Shown here: positions 16,826 through 23,839 of the stretch, piece after piece
Position numbering within the stretch: position 1 is the stretch's first letter
Layout of the letters: each line of letters starts with the position of its first letter
Assembly (NCBI GenBank): GCA_049423385.1
Contig: JBMSQQ010000053.1
Location: 1-23,839 of the forward strand
DNA length: 23,839 bases
From: Silvanigrellaceae bacterium
GTDB lineage: Bacteria; Bdellovibrionota_B; Oligoflexia; Silvanigrellales; Silvanigrellaceae
Reading direction: 5' to 3'
The notes under the pieces: generated by a model
The model's database searches: none
Seen by the model: the letters and a program-made list of their open reading frames with translations, nothing else
What the model was told of the DNA's origin: nothing
Position numbers and translations under genes: made by a program

Positions 16826-17614
16826 CTATCCCCTCATCTGGGCGAGGGAAATGAAAAAATCGACAATCAAAATAGTGAGAAGGCTCGCCACCACCGCTTG
16901 GGTCGTTGCCTCGCCAACTCCCTTTGCTCCGCCGCGGGCATAGAACCCCTTGTAACAGGCAATCGTGGAAATAATGAATCCAAACACCAGCGCCTTCACC
17001 ATTCCTTTACGAATGTCCGAAACCCAGACCAGCCATTTGAGCTGAGCAACAAAAACGGAGGTGTCGACCCGGAACATGATCATCCCGAGCACAAAGCAGC
17101 CAACCAGGCCAAGCGCAAGAAAAATCACAGAAAGCAAAGGCATCATGATTGTGCTGGCAATCACGCGCGGAACGATAAGGTAACTGACGGGTGAGACGCC
17201 CATGGCTTCCATGGCATCAAGCTGTTCATTGACCCGCATCGTTGCGATTTCTGCAGCCATGGCCGCGCCGGCGCGGCCAGTCACAATAAAACCGCACATC
17301 ACGGGGGCCAATTCGAGCGCAAGCGCCTTGCCCGTGGCTGCGCCCATCAAACCTTCGGCACGGAAAATTCCAAAAATCGTGCCAATCTGAAGACCCAGAA
17401 CCGCACCTGTGAAAAGTGAGGAGAGGGTCACGATAGACAGCGATTTGTTGCCGACGAATTCGAATTGGCGAAAGATCAATTGGAGTCTGAGTGGTGGGCG
17501 AAAAAGCCAGAAAAAAACTTCGTGCATCAGGAGGGTGAAACGGCCAAGACCAATGACTTGCCTGCGTACCAAACCTCCCAAGGTTTCCAGACTGCGCAGG
17601 GCAATTTCAATCAT
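16826..17614 (-). CDS. mlaE: MlaE-family ABC permease
   Basis: VGNKSLSIV, ELAPV, GRAGAAMAAEIATMRVNEQLDAMEAMGVSP, and GGAKGVGEATTQAVV. ATG 17614 (alternative TTG 17620). Confidence 0.95.
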   Translation of the reverse strand: MIEIALRSLETLGGLVRRQVIGLGRFTLLMHEVFFWLFRPPLRLQLIFRQFEFVGNKSLSIVTLSSLFTGAVLGLQIGTIFGIFRAEGLMGAATGKALALELAPVMCGFIVTGRAGAAMAAEIATMRVNEQLDAMEAMGVSPVSYLIVPRVIASTIMMPLLSVIFLALGLVGCFVLGMIMFRVDTSVFVAQLKWLVWVSDIRKGMVKALVFGFIISTIACYKGFYARGGAKGVGEATTQAVVASLLTILIVDFFISLAQMRG

Positions 17615-17616
17615 GG

Positions 17617-18744
17617 TCAACTTTCTCCCGATTTCTCCGCGATTTTTTGGCCCAGCGATGCGAGATCCTCAAGACGCAGCGAAGACTGCGCGTCCAAATG
17701 CTGCGCAACCGGCAAGGTCACCACTGATTCAGCGGTGCGGCCCAGCTGTTCCTGTACGCGTCTCTGAACTATAATAAAATTCTCAAGATAATTTGCAAAA
17801 AACGAGGCATCTTGTTGACGCAGGTGATTGAGAGTCTCGTGGAATCCCGCGTCCTGCCGAAGTTCCTCCGGGAAGGCTCTGTTGATCACAACCTTGGCCG
17901 ATTTCATTTTCAAGGCTTTAAGTGTCCGGCTTAGTTCGGTTGCGACCTGAACGGCGTCATAGCGAACGGAAGTTACAACGTAACAGTGAGTTTCACTCGA
18001 CTTCAGCCAGTTCTTTGCAAAATCAAGACGGGTCATCATTCTTGCAAAAACAGCGTCGAGCAAGATTAAAAATTCGGCGAAGTGAAGCATGAAACGTTGT
18101 CCGCCGAGTTCCGACAATCCCTCAAGAATCCGCCTCGCGCCGCCCTTCACGACCCGCTGGATCAAGCCGCCCTGCGGTTGGTTTTCCTGAGCGAACCACT
18201 TGAGCCATTCGATGAGTTTGCCATCCAGAAACGCACTCAATTTTTCGGGCTTCGATAAAAAGTCGATCGCGTGGATTCCGGGCGCAGTATCGACAACAAG
18301 ATCAGTGAGCCCCTCTTCACGCTCCGGCCATTCTGCCATGCGAACAGCGGCGAACGTGTCTGTTGCAGTCGCAAGTCTTTCAGCAACAGCGCGAAAGAGT
18401 GTGTTTGCATACAATTTTTCTTGTGCGGCTTCGGAAAGACCAGCCTCCGAAACCCAACGCTTGAGGCTGTCGCCAATGTGCAAAACACTGGCACGCAGAG
18501 ACCCGTTGCCATGATGGAGTTCGATACGCGCGCCCGTTTCCGGCAGTTCTGACAGTCCCAATGCGCCCTGCAGGCGTTTGGCGGGGTCGATCGACATGAG
18601 TCCAACATGTTTGCCTTGCTGCGCGAGCGCCAGGGCGAAACCAGCGGAAAGCGTGGTTTTACCCACTCCACCCGCACCCAAAAACAGGTGCAGACGAGGC
18701 AGCTTTCGTTCTTCGCTCTTTGCTCGAGCTGATTCTTTTTTCAC
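17617..18744 (-). CDS. ArsA/Get3-family ATPase, subunit 2 (BagB/Rv3680-like pattern)
   Basis: LGAGGVGKTT, SIDPAKRL, LVVDTAPG and VVINR. The GTG start overlaps the upstream stop (GTGA). Confidence 0.85.
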   Translation of the reverse strand: MKKESARAKSEERKLPRLHLFLGAGGVGKTTLSAGFALALAQQGKHVGLMSIDPAKRLQGALGLSELPETGARIELHHGNGSLRASVLHIGDSLKRWVSEAGLSEAAQEKLYANTLFRAVAERLATATDTFAAVRMAEWPEREEGLTDLVVDTAPGIHAIDFLSKPEKLSAFLDGKLIEWLKWFAQENQPQGGLIQRVVKGGARRILEGLSELGGQRFMLHFAEFLILLDAVFARMMTRLDFAKNWLKSSETHCYVVTSVRYDAVQVATELSRTLKALKMKSAKVVINRAFPEELRQDAGFHETLNHLRQQDASFFANYLENFIIVQRRVQEQLGRTAESVVTLPVAQHLDAQSSLRLEDLASLGQKIAEKSGES

Positions 18745-19802
18745 CGCTGATCCTCGCTGATTTCTGCTGCCAGCACATCGGCAGTGGACGCGTGATGAGT
18801 CCTCGGATCCGAATCACCGGGATTTTGATTGGTGTTGCCGAGCCATTGGGTCACACCTTCAAGCACTGCCGATGCCGCTGCATCGGGATTGGCAAGACCA
18901 ATGTCCGGCACTGGAATGAGTGGAACTTCAGCTGCAATTTTTGCAGTCGATTGACGAAGGACATCTTCAAAATGAACTCGTTTGCACAAATCCCTGTGGA
19001 GCAATCCAAGCGCATTCACCGCCTGCTCGGATGAAAGATTGTCTTTCCAGATTCCGAGAACGTGACGCTCATCCAACGATGCGTGATTCTTTTCCATGAA
19101 TGGCGAAAGCGATCTGTTGATGAACAACGCCGCCGGCGATCTGCCCAAATCCTTTGTCAGACGTGGCAAAAATTCGAGTGTTTCTTCAACAGGAAGTTCT
19201 TCCGGAAGAGTGACGAGGGCGGTTCCCACCAGCTTGGGGTCGGCGAGCATCTTTGCAACTCTCTCGCATTCACTCGCCAAGGGCCCCGTCATGCCAAACT
19301 GTGCAATCGTCGGTGCAACAGTAAAAAGTGAAACTCCATGCCCGGTCGCTTGGGTATCGACAATCACCCTGTCGAATCGGGTTCCGCGAATTTCTTCCGA
19401 CAAACACACGAGCCAGAACAATCGCCCGAGAAAAAAGAGCTCCTGGACTCCCGGCGCAGCATGAATCAGCCGCTGAACGTGGCGGTTTTCAATCACCAGG
19501 TTGTAGAGCAGCTTCAATTTGAGATGGTCGATGAAATATTCTCGAATGGCCTCGTCGGGAGAGAAATTCATCGTCCAAAGATTGGGAGCGATGGGTTCCG
19601 AATCGTGACCCGCTGCGGGTTTGGAAAAAAGAAGAGAGACAGAGTCATGAAGTGCCCATTGGACAATCAGCGTCTTCTCTCCGTTGAGAGCGCACAACTG
19701 TGCGAAGGAAGTGGCTAGCGTTGTGCGACCAACCCCGCCCTTCCCGAGAAAAAACACCAATCTCTGCGGAATACGCTGGGTGAGATTGGTCGGTGAATTC
19801 AT
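18741..19802 (-). CDS. ArsA/Get3-family ATPase, subunit 1 (BagA/Rv3679-like pattern, degenerate P-loop)
   Basis: LGKGGVGRTT, AAPGVQELFFLG, VIVDTQATGH, VTLPEELPVEET and FINR. ATG overlaps the tatA stop (ATGA). Confidence 0.85.
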   Translation of the reverse strand: MNSPTNLTQRIPQRLVFFLGKGGVGRTTLATSFAQLCALNGEKTLIVQWALHDSVSLLFSKPAAGHDSEPIAPNLWTMNFSPDEAIREYFIDHLKLKLLYNLVIENRHVQRLIHAAPGVQELFFLGRLFWLVCLSEEIRGTRFDRVIVDTQATGHGVSLFTVAPTIAQFGMTGPLASECERVAKMLADPKLVGTALVTLPEELPVEETLEFLPRLTKDLGRSPAALFINRSLSPFMEKNHASLDERHVLGIWKDNLSSEQAVNALGLLHRDLCKRVHFEDVLRQSTAKIAAEVPLIPVPDIGLANPDAAASAVLEGVTQWLGNTNQNPGDSDPRTHHASTADVLAAEISEDQR

Positions 19803-20104
19803 TTGCTCGAATCGCGATGTTCGACGTCGACAAAGTCAACTTTGGGCTGATTGCTGCCCTGAGGACCTTGAAGGCTGCCCGGCTGAACGCTCTGTGCGGC
19901 GATAGTCTGCTGAGTTGATTGCATATTTTGCTGTGGAGGTTGCGACTGGGCCTGATTTTTGTCGCCAGAGTCGTCGTTCAGACCCTTTTTGAAGTTGCGA
20001 ATCCCCTCACCCAGGGACTTGCCGACCGTTGGCAACCGGTTGCCAAAGAGAAGCAATGCAATTCCAAGAATAACCAATAGTTCGATTGGACCAAGATTTG
20101 GCAT
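19799..20104 (-). CDS. tatA: Twin-arginine translocase TatA/E subunit
   Basis: MPNLGPIELLVILGIALLLFGNRLPTVGKSLGEGIRNFKKGL with a Q-rich tail. GGAGGG lies 5 nt before ATG 20104. Confidence 0.93.
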   Translation of the reverse strand: MPNLGPIELLVILGIALLLFGNRLPTVGKSLGEGIRNFKKGLNDDSGDKNQAQSQPPQQNMQSTQQTIAAQSVQPGSLQGPQGSNQPKVDFVDVEHRDSSK

Positions 20105-20198
20105 GACCGCCCTCCATACCCCAAAAAGCACGTCCGAAGACTTCTGGGTGTTCATCGGATTATTCCTGCCATTGGATGAGGTCAACAGTCGGGAAACA

Positions 20199-20212
20199 TT
20201 GACGCTCGTCAA
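20199..20212. promoter_or_regulatory. Palindrome TTGAC-N4-GTCAA (FNR/CRP-family-like box) in the divergent tatA/mqnE region
   Basis: TTGACGCTCGTCAA has perfect 6-bp arms and the same geometry as the FNR consensus TTGAT-N4-ATCAA. Confidence 0.4.
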
Positions 20213-20277
20213 GGGCATTTGATGCTCAGCGAAACGATGCTATCAGTCTTAAAGTCAAATTCATAGAAAGGGTTCCC

Positions 20278-21465
20278 ATGGAATCGCTGACTTGCGCTTC
20301 ATCCCATGTCCCCACACATCGGCTGACGGGGCCATCCGAGTTGCCTTCGGTTAAGGTAACCTATCACGCTGTTCAGTCCGCTTTGAGCAAAGCACTCCGC
20401 GGTGAGCGACTCACCTACGAGGATGGAGTCAATCTCTATCACTCTCCAGATCTGGTTGAACTGGGTGCAGTCGCCAACGAAATGAACATGCGCCGGAATG
20501 GACGCGATGTTTACTTCAACGTCAATCGCCATATCAATCCGACCAACATCTGCGCGTTGTCGTGCAAGTTTTGCGCATTTTCGCGCAAGCCTGGCGACGA
20601 AGGTGCATATGCCTATTCAGAAGACGAGATTGCCCATCGTGCGCGCATGGCAGCTGATTCCGGTGCAACCGAAATTCACATGGTGGGTGGTCTTCATCCG
20701 CGTTGGAAATTGTCGAACTACACAAACATCATCCGTACAGTGAAAGCTGCGGCCCCCCAGGTGCACGTCAAGGCGTTCACGGCCGTCGAGCTCGACTGGC
20801 TTGCGCGCAAGGAGCGCAAACCCGTTGCCGATGTAATAGCAGAACTGCGCGATGCCGGACTCGGTAGCTTTCCCGGGGGCGGAGCTGAAATTTTTGTTCC
20901 CTACGTGCGCGAAAAAATCTGCGACACAAAACTGACCGGCGAAGGCTGGCTTGATATCCACAGAACCGCACACAAGATGGGACTGCGTTCAAACTGCACG
21001 ATGCTCTATGGTCACATCGAAGATGTTTCCGCCCGCGTTGACCACATGCTACGTCTGCGTGCCCTGCAGGACGAGACGAATGGCTTCAATGTGTTTATTC
21101 CGCTGGCGTATCAACCCGAAAACAACGACCTGGGAATCAATCGACACACCTATGGTGTTGATGACCTCAAAACCATTGCGGTGGCTCGCCTGTTGATGGA
21201 CAACTTCCGCAACATCAAGAGCTATTGGATCATGACCGGCGACAGAGTCGCACAGACTGCGCTGCATTACGGCGCCAACGACCTCGATGGCACAGTTGTT
21301 GAAGAGAAAATTGCAAACATGGCCGGAAGTCAAAGCGGAATGGCCATGGCGAAGAGCAAGTTGTTGAGGGTGATCCGCGATGCCGGCCGTATTCCGGTGG
21401 AGCGCTCAACCGTCTATGAATCCATCCGTCGCTTCGACAATCCAGCCGAGGACCAACTCGCATGA
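20278..21465 (+). CDS. mqnE: Aminofutalosine synthase (radical SAM)
   Basis: FNVNRHINPTNICALSCKFCAF, EIHMVGGLHP, HVKAFTAVE, PGGGAEIF, TMLYGHIE, FIPLAY, IKSYWIM and GANDLDGTVVEEKI. Confidence 0.92.
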   Translation: MESLTCASSHVPTHRLTGPSELPSVKVTYHAVQSALSKALRGERLTYEDGVNLYHSPDLVELGAVANEMNMRRNGRDVYFNVNRHINPTNICALSCKFCAFSRKPGDEGAYAYSEDEIAHRARMAADSGATEIHMVGGLHPRWKLSNYTNIIRTVKAAAPQVHVKAFTAVELDWLARKERKPVADVIAELRDAGLGSFPGGGAEIFVPYVREKICDTKLTGEGWLDIHRTAHKMGLRSNCTMLYGHIEDVSARVDHMLRLRALQDETNGFNVFIPLAYQPENNDLGINRHTYGVDDLKTIAVARLLMDNFRNIKSYWIMTGDRVAQTALHYGANDLDGTVVEEKIANMAGSQSGMAMAKSKLLRVIRDAGRIPVERSTVYESIRRFDNPAEDQLA

Positions 21466-22784
21466 ATCCATATTCAATCAACTGTGCTGTGAAGCCTGTT
21501 TGGCGTGAGTTTGAAAAACCCCTGAAGCAAGACAGCCTTCCTGCCGGAGCTGGTTTTCAGGAAGCGCCAACACTGGAAGAAATCAACGCCCGTGATGCTC
21601 AGCGCCAGCAGCTGATCAACGCAGGTTCACGTGCAAGCCGTGTGCACGATGAACTGATGATGAGCCAAATCCAGGCCACAGTGGATCCCCTGCTCAAGTC
21701 TGCTTACGAAACAGCGCTTTCAGGAACACGACTGTCGGGTGAACAAGGTCAAGCTCTGCTCGACAACGGTGACTTGAATCTTCTGGGATGGCTTGCCACC
21801 CGCGCAAAAGAGCGCTTCCATCCCGGCGGAAAGGTTTCCTTCCTTCTCGACCGCAATATCAACTACACAAACATCTGCCGCATTGGCTGCGACTTCTGTG
21901 CGTTTTATCGCCGCGGCCCCGAGTCCGATGCCTACGTTCTTCCAAAGGAAGACATTTTCAAGAAAATCGAAGAAACCATCGAATTGGGTGGCACTGGCAC
22001 ATTGATGCAAGGCGGAGTGAACCCGCACCTGAAGATTGAGTATTATGAAGATCTCTTCCGGAGCATCAAGGAGCGCTACAAGATCCACTTGCATGCACTT
22101 TCGGTGATTGAAATCGAAGGCATTGCACAAGTTTCGCGCCTGACGGTTGAGGAAACGCTTGAACGCTTGAAGGCGGCCGGTTTGGATTCCATCCCAGGAG
22201 CCGGTGCCGAGATTCTTTCAGATGAAATCCGTCTCGAGCAGAGCCCTGTGAAACGTCATAGCCATCGGTGGATCAAGGTGATGCAGGAAGCCCACAAGGC
22301 GAACTTGCCAACCACGGCCACGATGATGTTTGGCGCACTGGAAGAGCGCAAGCATGTCATTGAACACATCCTGCGCATCCGCGATGCACAGGACGAAACC
22401 CAGGGCTTCTATGCGTTCATTTTGTGGACGTTCCAGGGCGAAAACACGGAACTGGCAAAGAAGAATCCGGATATGCAGCCGACCAGTGGTGTTGAATACC
22501 TGAGGGTTCTGGCTGTGAGCCGCTTGATGATGGACAACATTCCAAACATCCAGGGCAGCTGGGTCACAATGGGGCCAAAGATTGGACAAATCTCTCTCCA
22601 CTACGGCGCCAACGACATGGGCTCGATCATGATCGAAGAAAATGTCGTCAGTGCTGCGGGAACGTCCTATACGCTCGATCGCAAGAACATGATTGAACTC
22701 ATCCGTCGCTCCGGATTCACTCCGGTGCAACGCGACACGTACTACAACATTCTTGCCGAGTACCCCGAGTCCCCCGCCGAGTGA
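21462..22784 (+). CDS. mqnC: Cyclic dehypoxanthinyl futalosine synthase (radical SAM)
   Basis: DRNINYTNICRIGCDFCAFYR, LMQGGVNP, SIPGAGAEIL, TTATMMFG, QGSWVTMG, GANDMGSIMIEENVVSAAG and QRDTYY. ATGA overlap with mqnE. Confidence 0.93.
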   Translation: MNPYSINCAVKPVWREFEKPLKQDSLPAGAGFQEAPTLEEINARDAQRQQLINAGSRASRVHDELMMSQIQATVDPLLKSAYETALSGTRLSGEQGQALLDNGDLNLLGWLATRAKERFHPGGKVSFLLDRNINYTNICRIGCDFCAFYRRGPESDAYVLPKEDIFKKIEETIELGGTGTLMQGGVNPHLKIEYYEDLFRSIKERYKIHLHALSVIEIEGIAQVSRLTVEETLERLKAAGLDSIPGAGAEILSDEIRLEQSPVKRHSHRWIKVMQEAHKANLPTTATMMFGALEERKHVIEHILRIRDAQDETQGFYAFILWTFQGENTELAKKNPDMQPTSGVEYLRVLAVSRLMMDNIPNIQGSWVTMGPKIGQISLHYGANDMGSIMIEENVVSAAGTSYTLDRKNMIELIRRSGFTPVQRDTYYNILAEYPESPAE

Positions 22785-22796
22785 AAGTTCATTCCA

Positions 22797-23839
22797 GTGA
22801 GAGCACCGCTCCCTGAATTCCTGATGGAAGATTGGCTCGAAGCCCACCGATTCTCTGCAAAATACAATGCCGGGGAATCGGGGCATGTTGCGCAGAGCCT
22901 GGGTGCGGTGCTGCAGGGCCTGCAACCTGATTTTGATTTTGACCTGCGCGATGCCCTTTGCAGGGAGATGCTCTGCGATGCTCCGAACATGGGTATTGAT
23001 GCGTTGCGCGATGAAGTCGCGATGCTCCACCCGGGAGCGCGTCGAGAAAACGTCCTGATCACCACTGGCACCAGTGAGGCGCTCCTGCTTTTGCTTCGAC
23101 AACTGGCTCCGCGCAGGGTCGCGGTCATTGTGCCGGCGTTTCAGCTTCTGACGTCTGTTCCCCGTTCACTGGGTGCCGAGATTGTAGCTCTGCCGTTGGT
23201 TTGGAAATCTGACGGTCAGCCTCATGCTCCGGTTGAGGCTTGGCAGAGGATCATCGGCGAACAGAAACCCGATGTGTTTATTTTTAATCATCCACACAAT
23301 CCCTCGGGCTTGGTTTTCAACGTCCATGAACGCGAGGCTTTGTTGGAGAGCTGCGCCGCCGTGGGTTGCACGGTTGTTGGCGATGAACATTATCGTTTTT
23401 TGTGTTCGCCTGACGGGGCGAAAAATGATCCGCCCCACCTTTCGGATTTCCGGATTTCACCAGGTCCAACGGTGTGGCAGCCCTCGACCGAACGCTTTGT
23501 GACCGGAAGTTTTATCAAATGTGCTGGAACACCCGGACTGCGTATTGGCTGGTGTGTGGGAGAAGAATCGGTACTTGCTGCAATGCAGAGCGAAAAAAAC
23601 TATTTGACCCATACGGTCAACCCGTTGTCCCAAAGAATTGCCTTGTGGTTCCTTGAAAGCTTTCGACGCAAACAGACTTTTTTTGCCCCGCTTTATCGGG
23701 AGTGGCAGAAAAACCGCAACGCACTTGCAACCTGGTTAAGCAAAAACGAGAACGCGTGGTTGGGTATGCCTCCCCTGGGTGGATTGGTCTCATGTATTAC
23801 TCCGGTTGATGCATCAGAGAGTGCAAAGACATTTCTCAA
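22797..23839 (+). CDS. PLP-dependent aminotransferase class I/II, partial (runs off the window end)
   Basis: Read by hand from GTG 22797: LPEFLMEDWLEAHRF..YNAGESG, NVLITTGTSEAL, NHPHNPSG, VVGDEHY and GSFIKCAGTPGLRIGW (PLP lysine). Absent from the ORF track because no stop lies in the window. Confidence 0.88.
   Translation, partial: MRAPLPEFLMEDWLEAHRFSAKYNAGESGHVAQSLGAVLQGLQPDFDFDLRDALCREMLCDAPNMGIDALRDEVAMLHPGARRENVLITTGTSEALLLLLRQLAPRRVAVIVPAFQLLTSVPRSLGAEIVALPLVWKSDGQPHAPVEAWQRIIGEQKPDVFIFNHPHNPSGLVFNVHEREALLESCAAVGCTVVGDEHYRFLCSPDGAKNDPPHLSDFRISPGPTVWQPSTERFVTGSFIKCAGTPGLRIGWCVGEESVLAAMQSEKNYLTHTVNPLSQRIALWFLESFRRKQTFFAPLYREWQKNRNALATWLSKNENAWLGMPPLGGLVSCITPVDASESAKTFL

Noticed and set aside
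17617..19802. Arsenic-resistance (ars) operon
   Set aside because: No arsB/acr3, arsC, arsR or arsD nearby; the motif pattern fits the Get3-like two-gene pair rather than the fused two-domain ArsA.
20278..22784. CofG/CofH (F420) or ThiH assignment for the radical SAM pair
   Set aside because: Motifs (HINPTN, KAFTAVE, IKSYW; DRNINYTN, QGSWVT, EENVVSAAG) fit MqnE and MqnC better.
22218..23102. 294-aa minus-strand ORF
   Set aside because: Antisense to mqnC and the aminotransferase, both of which have clear family motifs.
1..23839. tRNA, rRNA, IS elements, integrases, prophage or defence genes
   Set aside because: None recognised; intergenic gaps are short and explained by promoters or terminators.

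Overview
Gene-dense bacterial window. The gene content (Glt gliding homologues, futalosine menaquinone pathway, long MlaD, ArsA/Get3 pair) suggests Bdellovibrionota/Oligoflexia or another deltaproteobacteria-like lineage; this is inference. The centre is a ~13 kb minus-strand run: tatA - two ArsA/Get3-like ATPases - mlaE - mlaF - mlaD (long, with a predicted C-terminal beta-barrel) - outer-membrane beta-barrel (GltA/B-like) - gltC - gltD - gltE - gltF, closed by a perfect 12-bp hairpin. Flanking genes are a family-5 uracil-DNA glycosylase, an orphan phnD, a zinc-finger/acidic protein, a 2Fe-2S ferredoxin, dapF, a one-cysteine dksA, mqnE-mqnC and a PLP aminotransferase cut by the window end. 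Main observations: (1) a TatA and an asymmetric Get3-like ATPase pair are tightly coupled to a putative trans-envelope Mla system and a motor-less Glt module; (2) a sigma28/FliA-like promoter motif recurs in at least five upstream regions of non-flagellar genes; (3) the first ~132 nt are a foreign EF-G (fusA) fragment, probably a chimeric assembly junction. No database searches were run; family calls rest on motifs recognised by eye.
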